Shown piece after piece: positions 1 through 11,600 of a DNA stretch of 64,000 nucleotides. Within the stretch, counting starts at the first letter, position 1; every line of letters begins with the position of its first letter. The notes under the pieces were generated by a model. That model had not been told where the DNA came from. It made no database searches and saw only the letters and a list, made by a program, of their open reading frames with translations. The DNA is taken from positions 32,885 through 96,884 of the forward strand of contig PDIP01000029.1 of NCBI GenBank assembly GCA_002811645.1. The letters run 5' to 3'. The position numbers and the translations under genes were made by a program. This stretch comes from Corallochytrium limacisporum Hawaii. Taxonomy: Eukaryota; Protista; Pluriformea.

Positions 1-2
1 GG

Positions 3-152
3 CTGGAGCAATTCGAAAGCGCCTACCGTTTCCTTGCTAAGATGGACGGTGATGTCCCTGAGGACAAGATAGATGTGGCCTTACAGGCTCTAAAGGGCAC
101 TGGCAAGTCTATTGTAGCCTTTGCTGACCTGGATGTCATCGAGCTTCAATGA
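3..152 (+). CDS. 3' end of a gene that runs off the window edge, product unknown
   Basis: Open frame 3 reads LEQFESAYRFLAKMDGDVPEDKIDVALQALKGTGKSIVAFADLDVIELQ to TGA at 150-152; codon usage resembles the other genes. Confidence 0.55.
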   Translation: MEQFESAYRFLAKMDGDVPEDKIDVALQALKGTGKSIVAFADLDVIELQ

Positions 153-1385
153 ACAGCCGAAAACTGCAAGACGATCGGAATGAGCCCAACACTGAGGAGC
201 TTCCCGTCCTTATGTACACCAACGAACCACCATAAGCAAACAGCTCAAATGTGAGTACTGAATACAATGCCAATTAATGTCAAAGTGTTACAACTGTACA
301 GAAATCTAGATCGCCGTTTTCATGTCACGAAGTATTGGTACTGCGTCGCCACTGCTCACGAATGTGATCAGTGGCCCTTGGACTGATCGTGCCATGGGTC
401 ATCTCCCTCTTCTTTAATTCAAATTATTGAAAACATCGTCAGATAGGTGTTCAGTTAAAGTACTTTTCACGCCCCACTCGTTGGCTGCCAAAAAATCTTC
501 CGCAGTAGTGAACGCAATGGGGGAAGGGGAAGCCAAAACAAAAAAAAAATATATGGGGAAAGCATGCAGTGCTGATGCCAATGGCCTGGCGGCCTCCCCT
601 CCCCGAAGGGTAAAAACAAGGAGATTCTATAGTCACTGATAGGTGGTTTCTGCGCCCCGAATTGTATAAACAAAATAGCGTACGGAGAAAGACCAGCGGG
701 AGGCGAAGGAAAGAGTTTCCCTTCGGCAGAGGCAAGGGGAGACCAGTGTACCCGGCGTAGTGCAGTTTGTTAAAAAGAAAAAACTCTGCCCACTTGCCTG
801 CCTCGTCTGCCTTGTACCTGCGGACTTGGAAGTCTCCTTTCTTTTTTTTGTTACCACTGCCTTCGCCACTGCCTTGGCTCTCCCAGCCCACCATCCCCCC
901 TTTGCCACAACCGCAAAATACACATCCCTTCCGGGCCACATTCCCAAACTCTTTCACACCCCTCCCCCCTCCACACCCACCTCATATACGCCTCAGTTTA
1001 ATTTCAACCACCAACGCGTGCCTTAACGATGACTACCAGCTGCGGAGAGAAATTGGGGGACCTCTGGAGGCCCCCCCCCCCCCGGGGGAGTGGTGGTTGC
1101 CTCCAATGAATTCTGGAGGTCCCGAGTGGCCTATGTCTGCTCTGCTTCTCCAGTTCTGCTCTGTTTCTCGAATAATGGCTTTGTTGACAAGCTACGCATC
1201 AAATAAATGGAACATGCATATAACATGGCCGGCCGGCTCATTGGAGTAACCGAAAGCGTATGGAATTCTATTCATATTCACGTACTTGGACGGTGGAGGA
1301 AAACCATGTGGTTGTTGTTTTGATCGTTCTCTGTAAGAATTCGGGACCAATTTGGGAAAGAAGTCTACAGATTAGATAGTCCACA

Positions 1386-2014
1386 ATGCTTTTGCTCCGC
1401 CAGACCGCCCGCACTGTCACCAAGCACGGTAAGTATTTCTGTTTATGATCGGGCCAATGATATCGGAAAACTACAAGATCGGCTTACTTATGTGATGTCG
1501 AAAGTGTAATTGTTTGGATACATAGCTCCAAACTGCGTGGCATTATATTGTTGGGATCTTTAATTTGACGCATCGGATTGCTAACGCCATGTGAATTTCG
1601 GTTTAATTTCTAATACTACAGCTCGCGTGCGGTACTCTGCAAGCTCTGCAAACCCTGAGGCTCTGAAGGCCATGATGAAGGAGAGCAAGGAGACCTCCAA
1701 GATCTGGAAGTACGCTTCTCTGGCCGCCGTGCCCGGATGCTTTGCCTACGGTGTCTATCTGTTCGCCACTGAGGAGCATCATCACTCCGAGCATGTCGCG
1801 TACCCCTACCTGCGCATTCGCTCAAAGGTAAGTGTGCTACTGTCAAATGCGACGGTCCGCATGGGGCCAACAATACTTGGGACATCAATAACTAACCAAA
1901 GACTTTGTATCTTCCCTTCGTTATTCGCTATAGATCTTCCCGTGGGGAGACGAGGACCTCTTCAACGTGTTCAAGCGTAAGCTTGGCATTCAGTCTCACC
2001 ACGACGACGAGTAG
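1386..2014 (+). CDS. COX6A: Cytochrome c oxidase subunit 6A (Cox13); 3 exons: 1386-1428, 1622-1827, 1934-2014
   Basis: Introns 1429-1621 (GTAAGT..CTAAC..CAG) and 1828-1933 (GTAAGT..CTAAC..TAG) join in frame. The product has an Arg-rich mitochondrial presequence (MLLLRQTARTVTKH), WKYASL plus a TM helix, and the family motif YPYLRIRSK-IFPWGD. Confidence 0.92.
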
Positions 2015-2862
2015 ATGCCTCCAGTGGTAAACCATATTTTGGAAACATATCAAACACCTCCCGTCAAATTGTGAATAATACAATATCTTACGCTCACATC
2101 TGCAACTGTTGCCTGTGTGCCACTCTGTTGTGCTCAGTACGGGAGGCCCTTTGATTTCTCTCGAGTCATATCATTATCACCATGAAGAGGAGCGACGATG
2201 TCAGGCTCACCTGGATGCAGCGATGCCTTTCCCTTCAAAACCAGGAGATAAGAATATACGGACATTGTAATACTGCGTTCCCCAATGATGGTGAGGGTAC
2301 ATGTATATACATACTTAAATGCAAAATATTCAATATACTTTCGTGGGTGATGTTGCACTGTTTCTTGCCCTTCGGTTCCCGCCCGTTTTTTCCCCCCACT
2401 TCCACACTGCTCCGCTACTTTCTGTGTGACCTTGCGCTTGCGCCCTTCCCCCCCCCTCCCCCCACATGCGCCATTGACCTGCACCACACGCCAGTCACTT
2501 GAAGTGCAAAACTACTGGTGCCAAAAAGCCACGGGGCATCACGGGAAAGGTGACTCCCCCGGGGAGGGGAGGGCACCCAGAGCGAGACCGGACCAACCGC
2601 CGGGCACACCTTCCACTGTACAGGGACCCGCGTATGCGTCTGCGGAAAGCATGGGCAGGTATGTGAATACGTGCTGTATCTCTGTTTGATACAAAAGAAA
2701 AAACAAGTAAATTTTTGAAACGCTCGAACGCGACATACGTATATGCACTGTGGTAGAAGTGAAGTGCCGGTAGTTCAAGTGAACTGTGAATCTATTCGCT
2801 CGTGAAGAATTTAGCTTACTCATTGGGGCAATAAAGAAAACAGCCAACACAAACAGATAGTC

Positions 2863-3489
2863 ATGGAAAGTGACACACCAGAAGCAACTCGGAAACTGTG
2901 GCGTGTCCGGAAGACTGTCTTGCAGCTGTGCTATGATCGTGGATATCTGGTCAGTCAGGCTGAGATGGACATGTCCTTGGACGAATTTGTTGTCAAATAT
3001 GGTGAGACTCCGACACGTAGTGATCTCCTCCTGTACCTGGCCCACAAAAATGACCCCAGTGACACCATGATGGTGTTTTTCCCAGAAGAAGAGAAGCTTG
3101 GTGTGAAGACTGCTGAGTCTTACCGAACTCGCATGGAGGAGCGTCAGTGCCGCCGGGCTCTGGTCATTGTGCGCGAGGGTCTAACATCTCAGGCAGCTCA
3201 AGAACTCAAGAAGGGATCTGAAGACGGTTACATCATTGAGTCCTTCAAGGAGGATGAGTTGCGGGTGAACATTACGGAGCACGAATTGGTCCCAAAGCAC
3301 ATCATTCTGAGTGATGAAGAGAAAAAAGCTCTATTCGAGCGGTACAAAGTATCCGAGGCTCAGCTACCTCGCATCCTTAGCATTGACCCCGTCGCTCGCT
3401 ATTACGGACTGAAGCGCGGTCAGATCGTCAAAATCATCCGCACTAGTGTGACGGCTGGTCGGTATGTGACCTACCGTCTTGTGATCTAA
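2863..3489 (+). CDS. RPB5: RNA polymerases I/II/III shared subunit RPABC1
   Basis: 208 aa; motifs DRGYLV, VNITEHELVPKH, QLPRI..DPVARYYGLKRGQIVKIIRTSVTAGRYVTYRLV. Confidence 0.98.
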   Translation: MESDTPEATRKLWRVRKTVLQLCYDRGYLVSQAEMDMSLDEFVVKYGETPTRSDLLLYLAHKNDPSDTMMVFFPEEEKLGVKTAESYRTRMEERQCRRALVIVREGLTSQAAQELKKGSEDGYIIESFKEDELRVNITEHELVPKHIILSDEEKKALFERYKVSEAQLPRILSIDPVARYYGLKRGQIVKIIRTSVTAGRYVTYRLVI

Positions 3490-3580
3490 ATCTTGGAAAT
3501 CGAGTTTTAAAATTTGTAATAGATACATGGTACTTAACATGGGTAGGTTGTTGTCAATTTATACTCTGGCGCTCCACCAC

Positions 3581-6487
3581 CTACTTGCTCTGTGAGAAAG
3601 CGACATTGTACACGTCCTGATACGTCTTGGCAAAGTAAACATCGATATCCTTGCGGATGAAGTCCAAGAGCTCATCGTAATCCTTGCGGTTCTCTTCTGG
3701 CATGATGATGCGCTTGACACCCTCACGCTTGGCCGCAATAATTTTCTCCTTGATGCCTCCGACTGGAAGCACCTTGCCAGTAAGTGAGATCTCCCCGGTC
3801 ATGGCAATGTCCGGATCAACTTCCTTATCCGTCGCCAGGGACACCATTGATGTGACCATGGTCACTCCCGCGCTCGGTCCGTCCTTCGGGGTCGCTCCGG
3901 CGGGGACGTGCAAGTGCAAGGACGCGTTGTCGAAGAAGTGGTTCTTTGCAAAGTTCTCAGCCACGAAGCGCTTGGCATAGCTGTAAGCCAATGACGAGCT
4001 CTCCTTCATAACGTCACCGAGCTGACCGGTAACGATGAGTCCGGCGCGACCACTGTTACCATCCTCGTCCTTCTTGTCATCAGAGGCGGGGAATTCGACC
4101 TCGTCCTCGCCGGCCTTTGGCCTCGGCTTGAAACCCGACGTGATCTGCGTTTCGATATACAAGGTAGCACCACCCATTGGGGTCCATGCCAATCCCATGA
4201 CCACACCGGGCGGGGTGACGTCGTACAGGCGGTCACTAGTGAATACGGGTGGTCCAACATAGTCCCGCAAGTGTTCCTTATTCACCACAATCTTGTCCTT
4301 CTCTCCTGTCACAATCTTGTAGGCAATCTTGCGGAAGACCTTTTCAATGTGCTTCTGCAGATTACGCACACCACTCTCGCGGCAATAGCGTCCGATGAGG
4401 GTGGTGAGGGCATCCTCAGTGATATCGTAGCTACCAGTCTCAACTCCAGAATGTTTCTCGGCCTGGGGGATGAGGTATTGCTGAGCAATAGCAATCTTCT
4501 CTTCCAGCACATAGCCACTGAGGTTCACAACCTCCATGCGATCGTACAGAGGTCCGGGAATGGTATCCTTGCTGTTCGCTGTGGTGATGAACAGAACCTT
4601 GGACATATCAACGGGTACATCCATGTAGTGGTCCAAAAAGCCGCTGTTCTGCTCCGGGTCGAGTAATTCCAGCAAGGCAGAGGCGGGATCACCCTGGTAG
4701 CCACGGCCGAGCTTGTCGATCTCATCAATGAGGATCAGCGGGTTCTCGGTCTTGGTCTTTTTCAGGGCCTGGATAGGCTTTCCGGGCATGGCCCCAACGT
4801 ACGTGCGGCGATGACCTTTGATCTCAGCCACATCCGTCATTCCACCGACAGAGAACCGGTAGAAGGAGCGGTCGAGTGCACGGGCAATGCTGTGCGCAAT
4901 TGATGTCTTGCCCACACCTGGGGGTCCGATGAAGGTCAGAATCTTACCCTGAGTTGTACCCTTGAGCTGAGCGACGGCGATGAACTCAAGAATACGCTCC
5001 TTGATGTCCTTGAGACCGTAGTGATCCTCGTCTAGGATCTCCTGAGCCCGCTTCACGTTCAGATTCTCTTCCGAATAGATTCCCCAGGGCATGGTAGTCA
5101 ACCAGTCGAGGTAGTTGCGAGTTACGCTGAACTCACTGGAGTGCGTTTCGAGGTGCTGCAACTTGTTCATTTCTTCCTCAATGGTCTGACTCACGGCCTC
5201 CGGAGGGTGCAGTTCTTTGAGCCGAGTCCTGAATTTTTCTACCAGCGTTTCCTTGTCATCTTTCTCGATGCCCAGTTCGTGCTTGATCTTTTTCAATTGT
5301 TCCATAAGCAGATAACGCCTCTGCTGCTTAGTGACCTTCTCTTCGACATCCCGACTGATCTTCTCCTGCAGCTTGGTAGCCACGAGCTCCTTCTTTAAAA
5401 GGACTAGGACCTTGTTGAGGCGCTCGTTGATGTCCATTTCCTCCAGGGCATCCTGTAGTTCCTGCGAATCTGCAGAAGTCATAGCAGCAGCAAAATCACT
5501 GAGGACTGCTGGATCTGCCACATCAAGATTAGCTTGATGAATCGTGAAGCTGTCCCGGAACATCGGCGACTTTCGCAGCAGATCTTTCAGGGTGGTCACC
5601 ACAGCCTGACTTGTGGCCCGGGTCACATCATCCGACATGTCGTAGGGCTTTGGCAGCAAGTTCTTGACCTTAGCCTTACGTGGATCCGTTCCCTCGATAA
5701 AGTCCTCAATCTCTATCCGGCGGTGTGCCTGCAGCAGCACGTTGATGGCACCATTCTCGCTGGATCCCGTGATCCGTGTTACACTCACAAAGCAGCCGAC
5801 ATCGTACACGTTCGGATGGACACTTGACTTATCGACCGTTGATTCGCCCTCGAATGTTTCATTCTCAACTCCGGATGCCTCGCTCGAGGCTTTGGCTGCA
5901 TCCTGCAGGATGTCCTCTGCCGTCGGCTCCGAATCCTTTTTTAGGAACGCGCCAGCATACGGCGTGCCGCGCTCCACCATTACCTTGAGTGCTTCGGCGA
6001 GCTTGTCGTCAGTGATGGTGACCTGCTTGAGGAAATTCGGAAACAGGGGGCTGCGATCCACAGGGATCACAAGGACCTCCGGGTACACTTTCGGTACCTC
6101 CATCACAGCCACCGCGTTGGGCGTCTGATTTCCATTGCCCATGCCCGGCGGTGACTCCATGGCAGACTCTACATCACTGGAAGAGCCAGCATTTCCACCC
6201 GTGCTGTCGCCGCCATCCTTGCCATCATTGTCGTTGGTACTCATCCACCGTCTGGTTATGGGACTCAAGGACGAGGACTTGGACTGAAGGACGGCAACCT
6301 CGGCACCGTTGTGCTTCAGGGCCCATGTGCAGACAGGACCTTGCCGAGACAACGCTGCTGCAGGACGGGGAGCTAAAGCAGAGGTCGTAACAAGCCCACG
6401 GGTTGGATGCTGAGCCAAGAGCCGGCTGAACCCACCGGTTCGTGACACAGGGGGGCGCATCACAGCTGCTCTTACACCAGTAAACAT
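3581..6487 (-). CDS. LONP1: Mitochondrial Lon protease
   Basis: 968 aa; Arg/Ser-rich presequence, Walker A GPPGVGKT, Walker B LIDEIDK, catalytic Ser in PKDGPSAG and Lys in GGIKEK. Confidence 0.97.
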   Translation of the reverse strand: MFTGVRAAVMRPPVSRTGGFSRLLAQHPTRGLVTTSALAPRPAAALSRQGPVCTWALKHNGAEVAVLQSKSSSLSPITRRWMSTNDNDGKDGGDSTGGNAGSSSDVESAMESPPGMGNGNQTPNAVAVMEVPKVYPEVLVIPVDRSPLFPNFLKQVTITDDKLAEALKVMVERGTPYAGAFLKKDSEPTAEDILQDAAKASSEASGVENETFEGESTVDKSSVHPNVYDVGCFVSVTRITGSSENGAINVLLQAHRRIEIEDFIEGTDPRKAKVKNLLPKPYDMSDDVTRATSQAVVTTLKDLLRKSPMFRDSFTIHQANLDVADPAVLSDFAAAMTSADSQELQDALEEMDINERLNKVLVLLKKELVATKLQEKISRDVEEKVTKQQRRYLLMEQLKKIKHELGIEKDDKETLVEKFRTRLKELHPPEAVSQTIEEEMNKLQHLETHSSEFSVTRNYLDWLTTMPWGIYSEENLNVKRAQEILDEDHYGLKDIKERILEFIAVAQLKGTTQGKILTFIGPPGVGKTSIAHSIARALDRSFYRFSVGGMTDVAEIKGHRRTYVGAMPGKPIQALKKTKTENPLILIDEIDKLGRGYQGDPASALLELLDPEQNSGFLDHYMDVPVDMSKVLFITTANSKDTIPGPLYDRMEVVNLSGYVLEEKIAIAQQYLIPQAEKHSGVETGSYDITEDALTTLIGRYCRESGVRNLQKHIEKVFRKIAYKIVTGEKDKIVVNKEHLRDYVGPPVFTSDRLYDVTPPGVVMGLAWTPMGGATLYIETQITSGFKPRPKAGEDEVEFPASDDKKDEDGNSGRAGLIVTGQLGDVMKESSSLAYSYAKRFVAENFAKNHFFDNASLHLHVPAGATPKDGPSAGVTMVTSMVSLATDKEVDPDIAMTGEISLTGKVLPVGGIKEKIIAAKREGVKRIIMPEENRKDYDELLDFIRKDIDVYFAKTYQDVYNVAFSQSK

Positions 6488-7302
6488 CCTTCTGTTCTCT
6501 CCTACGTTCTTTGCTTGCTTTTCTTTACCTAGATTACACTAAATCACTATTCAATTTTCTCTTCCTCGCCGTGCGGTTCATTACCACATACTTACAATTG
6601 CGGCCTTTCAACCCGAGCGCAAGTGCTGCCTGATTTCCTCTTCTGTCAACCTGTGTTCTGCAAGCTGGGAAGGCAGCAGCCGAGTTGGTCCAAGTACCCT
6701 TTGTGACCAATGGTGACGTGTGCAAGACTCGAATGCTCAGATAGCTGTTTCTGGTGAACGTGGCTCTATCATCAGTTCCAGTCATTTCATGTTTCCATTT
6801 GTGTCAGGCCATTTGGTCTCTGTCTCGAGGTGCTCTGTCGTTGATGGTCGTGGCGGTTCCCCGTGGGTGTTGTCGGAACATTGGTTTCACTCCACACAGT
6901 GTCCCACTCTTATTGGCGTGCCCATGGCCCGTCGGTCAACAGACACCAGTCCCGGTCGGTCACTGTGTGTGCTAAGACCCCCGGTTTTCCCGAACGAAGT
7001 TTCGGGCCCACCACAGCTGGAAGGCCCGCCCCTCCCCTTCTTTCTGTCTCCCCTCCCCAAACCCATCATTTGACTCCCCACCGCACGCAGCTGCCAAGGC
7101 CATCCCCCTTTCAACCGGCAACTAATCCAGAACAATGGGGAACACACACATACCCCCACTCTCAGAAGGAGCAGAGGTTAGAGAACCAATAGCTCATTTC
7201 AGATCGAGATTTTGTATATAAAATGTATGATGAATTTGTGTAACGTCAGTGGTGTGATCGATAACCACCGTTTTTTTTCTTTATTGGACTGTTGATCTTC
7301 AT

Positions 7303-7312
7303 GTGACGTCAC
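7303..7312. promoter_or_regulatory. Perfect CRE-type palindrome GTGACGTCAC in the divergent Lon/RPN2 intergenic region
   Basis: Exact TGACGTCA core extended to a 10-bp palindrome; function is inferred only. Confidence 0.25.
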
Positions 7313-8680
7313 CTGGACTGTTGTTTCTATATTGAACGTACTGCAACATTGCCCAGAATTCTGGAAACTTTTGTAATTCAGCTTTGGTGCGCTCTCTTCT
7401 CGCCTGTGCTGGAAACTTTCTTTGTATTTCTTCGCGGCGGGACCGCGTAATCTTTCTTGGGGACTGGGCGGCGGCGCACTTGGAGCGGCTCGCATTGTGG
7501 GCGCCTCCCCCCCCCCCTGCACTTTTGTAAAGGCCCTCGGTCCGCTGTTCTGTGGAATTTAATATACGTTTATATGGTTCTAAACTGTGTCTACCTTCGC
7601 GGCTTTTTATATATTTAATACACTTTATTGTGATATTTTATATACTGCTATCCTTAAATTGGGTCTCGCTGTTCCGGAACGTAGCGGCGCCCATTGTACC
7701 AAAAGGTACCCAAGCTGCCAAGGGCCCCCCCCCCCAACACAGCACGGGGTGTATCATCCCAGCCAGAAGCCGGAGGAGCGGTGGCACAGAAGCGCGGTGG
7801 CACAGCGAGAGCAGAACGGGCACCGAATCGTTCGGACGAGAGGGACCGACGAACGTTCGGAAGCACCCAGGCACAGAGTGAGTGAGCCACCAACCAACGC
7901 AGAGGAAAAAGGCACGGAGAAAACAAAAGAAAAGAACGATCAGAGAGGGGGAGAAAGGGAAGAAGGGGTTGCGTTCCCCCGTGTGTTGTTCTTGTCTCGA
8001 ACCCAGTGTTATCGGTTCCGGTTTCTCCGCGGACTCGGTACTGGAGACACGGCCTCCCTTTTGGCGGCAAACACGGGACGGTTTCTGCACGGGGAGGCCA
8101 CGGTCGAAGGTCACATTAGTACCAAGGAAAGAATGGAGCAGATAGGGACGGTGGAGAAAAAAAAAAAGGAAAGGGGCAAGGGAAAACGGAAGAAGAATTG
8201 ATACAGATGGCGCACTAGGGGGAAAGTGAAAAGGTGGGGGGGGGCCAAGAAGCCACAACACTGGTTCGCGTTTGCAGGCCCCAATGGAACCGAAAAGCCT
8301 TCGCAACAAACGGGCGTCATGTAAAGCCGCGATGATAAAGTCCTACGGTACCGGTTTCCTCACCTGTTGTATATGTTGCCCTATGCTGCATTCGCTTTGT
8401 GTTCCTAGAACATCGAATGAGTCTAGTACATAAGCACTAGACGCGTCTATGTTGTGTTTATTGTTTTATGGGTTGTCGGGGACAGGTATTTGGAAACTGT
8501 TGATTAATCTGGCCTTGACATTCCACGAACATGCACTTACATGTCATGGATGCATCGGACGGGTACCGGTGCTGCACTTAGCTTGTATTTCTGACCGGGA
8601 AATTTTGGTTCTGGGAAGAAAGCATCCCACTTAGCCGTACGTTAGTATCTAGTTTATATTGTAGCATAGCATCCCAAACC

Positions 8681-11600
8681 ATGGTCGGCGTAACGTCGGC
8701 AGGAGGCCTACTGGCACTTCTTGACGAGCCCGATCCCAAGATGCAGTCTTTCGCACTGCAGAAGTTGGAAGGCATGGTTTCTATGTTCTGGGCTGAAATC
8801 AGTGACGCGGTCACCAAGATCGAGGCTCTGTATGAGGATGATACTTTTATGGACCGCCAACTGGCAGCCCTGATTGCTAGTCAGGTCTACTACCACCTTG
8901 GTGAATACGAGTTGGCTTTAGAGTATGCGCTGGCTTCTGGGGAAAAGTTTAGCGTATTTGCCGACTCTACAGCGGGCAGTGAGTATGTGGACACCGTGGT
9001 CCGACAGGGTGTAGATAAGTATGTGGACTACCGCCAGAAGGCCGACAGTTCGTCCACACACACAGACGAAGAAAAGGCTGCCCTGTCCAAGGAGATGGGT
9101 GCTGGTGTGGTCAAGGACTTGCCAGAAATGCTGGAAAAGGTTGTGAACCAGATAGTCGAAAACCACATGAACAAGAAAAAATACGCACAGGCCATTGGAG
9201 TGGCAATAGAAAGCCGTAGAATCGACCTACTCGGAAAGATCTTGGAGGTTGCCAAGGAGAAGGGTGACCTGAAGAAAGCCCAGGACTACCTCTTGTCTGT
9301 TGCAAGTGACACCATTGACAACCGTGACTTTAGGCGCCGATGCTTGTCCTTGCTGGTGGAATCGTACACCTCTGTGGCAAATCCGGACTACCTGGCAATG
9401 TGCCACTGCTTGATCAGTATTGACGACCCGGGGCACCTTAGCACAGTCATTGGGGACCTTATTGCAGACAATGACTCTGCGGATAAGATTTTGATGGCGT
9501 ACCAGATGGCTGCAGACGTGTATGAAAATGCCAGCCAATCCTTTGTGGCAACCGTGCAGAGCCTCCTGCCGGAGCGCAAGAAGCTGCCTAAGGAGAAGAA
9601 GCCCAAGGCGGAAAAGAAGCCGACTCCCGCTGAAAGTGAGAAGAAGGAAGGTGAGAACAAGGAAGGTGAAGAGGAGCAGAAAGTTGTCGAGTACACCACT
9701 GGCAGTGCTACTGATGACGAATTCCAGGTCCGTGTCAACAAGCTGCACGCCATCCTCACCGGTGAGGTTATGATTTCTCTGCAGCTAGAATTCCTTTACC
9801 GGGCCAATAACACCGACATGCTCATCCTGAAGAACACAAAGTCGGCAACGCCGCGGAATCCTATTTGTTTTACGGCGGTCGTGCTGAGCCATGCCTTTAT
9901 GCAGGCAGGCACCGCCAACGACGCATTCTTGCGTGATAACTTGGAGTGGCTGGGCCGCGCGACGAACTGGACCAAGTTCATTGCAGCCTCTACCCTTGGT
10001 GTGATCCATCGTGGCAACATTGGTCAGTCCATGTCCCTCCTGGAGCCTTACCTGCCAAAGGGCGGCGTCAGCTCCTCTCCATACTCCGAGGGTGGTGGTC
10101 TGATGGCTCTAGGTCTCATCCATGCCAACATGGGCAGCGGAGTCACTCAGTACCTGATGAACCAGCTACAGGCCTCAAACTCAGAGGTTGTACAACATGG
10201 TGCCTGCTTTGGCCTTGGTGTTGCCTCTCTAGGATCCGGAGACCGTGATCACTACGACGAACTTGTGAAGTGTCTGTACACCGACAGTGCCGTTGCTGGT
10301 GAGGCTGCCGGTATCGCCATGGGTCTGGTAATGCTTGGATCATGTGCATCGGATGTGCTAGATACCATGTTGCAGTACGCACATGACACCCAGCACGAGA
10401 AGATCATCCGAGGCCTGGCCATTGGTATGTCCCTGATCTGCTACGGCTGTGAAGAAGAAGCGGACGAGATCATCGCGAAGCTCCTGGCTGACAAGGATGC
10501 CATTCTCCGTATGGCCGGTGTGTATTCCATCAGCATGGCCTACCAGGGCACTGGACACAACGAATCCATCCGCAACCTGCTGCACGTGGCTGTGAGCGAC
10601 GTCAATGACGATGTCCGTCGCGCAGCTGTGACTGGACTGGGTTTCATTCTTAGCAAGACTCCCGAGGCTGTTCCGCCGCTGGTCACCCTGCTGTCGGAAT
10701 CCTACAATGCTCACGTGCGCTATGGATCCGCACTGGCCCTAGGCATTGCGTGCGCTGGTACAGGAAATCGGGATGCCATCAACCTGTTGGAGCCCCTGGC
10801 CAACGATGCCGTGGACTACGTCCGCCAGGGTGCTTTAATTGCTCTGGCTATGGTCTGCATTCAGTGCCCGGAGACGCAGTTCCCAAAGGCCAAGCAGGTG
10901 CGCTCTCAGATTGAGAAAGCCATCTCTGACAAACATGAAGATGTCATGGTCAAGTTTGGTGCCATCATGGCGCAGGGCATCCTTGATGCCGGCGGTCGCA
11001 ATGTCACCCTGACTCTGCACTCTCGGAGTGGCCAGAGCAGCATGCCCGGTGTCATTGGTCTGCACCTTTTCACTCAGTTCTGGTTCTGGTACCCCATCGC
11101 CAACTTCCTTTCACTGGCATTTACCCCCACAACTCTGATTGCCATCAATCACGAACTGAAGATGCCCAAACTGCAGCTCAAGTGCAACACGCGGCCTTCT
11201 CTGTTTGCCTACCCTCCAAAGACCCAGCCTCCAAAGGAGCAGAAGAAAGATAAGGTCACTCGAGCTGTGTTGTCCACCTTCTGGCGCACCCAGGCCGCCA
11301 AGGACCGCAAATCTGGAGCGACTGGGCCGGAGGGGGACGACAAGGCCAAGAAGGACGGTGAAAAGAAGGATGGTGACAAGAAGGACGCGATGGACACTGA
11401 CGAGAAAAAGGAAGGCGAGGCCAGCGAGGAGAAGCCCAAGAAAGAGCCTGAGCCCACTTCATTCGAGCTCGAAAATCCTTCCCGTGTGCTGGCCACCCAA
11501 TTGAAGCATGTGAAGTGGACCGATGACCGCTACGTGCCCCTGAAGGCTCTCGACTCTCTGGGCGGTGTCCTCATTCTCAAGAAGAAGGACCCCGACATGC

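Noticed and set aside
427-1249. Overlapping 70-170 aa ORFs here and in other homopolymer-rich intergenic blocks (e.g. 7587-8309, 13838-15209, 16469-17056, 48197-49650, 58942-59771)
   Set aside because: Low-complexity translations (poly-K/F/P/G, ERER) driven by base runs; no codon bias or recognisable motifs; some read through N gaps
2651-2862. Possible coding micro-exon ATGGGCAG|GTATGT upstream of RPB5
   Set aside because: Only an acceptor with no pyrimidine tract (2843) keeps the frame, and RPB5 is already complete from 2863; at most a UTR intron
3684-6390. Antisense and alternate-frame ORFs inside Lon, and likewise inside RPN2, GIT, SPG11 and the SPR genes
   Set aside because: Shadow ORFs expected from the codon bias of the real gene
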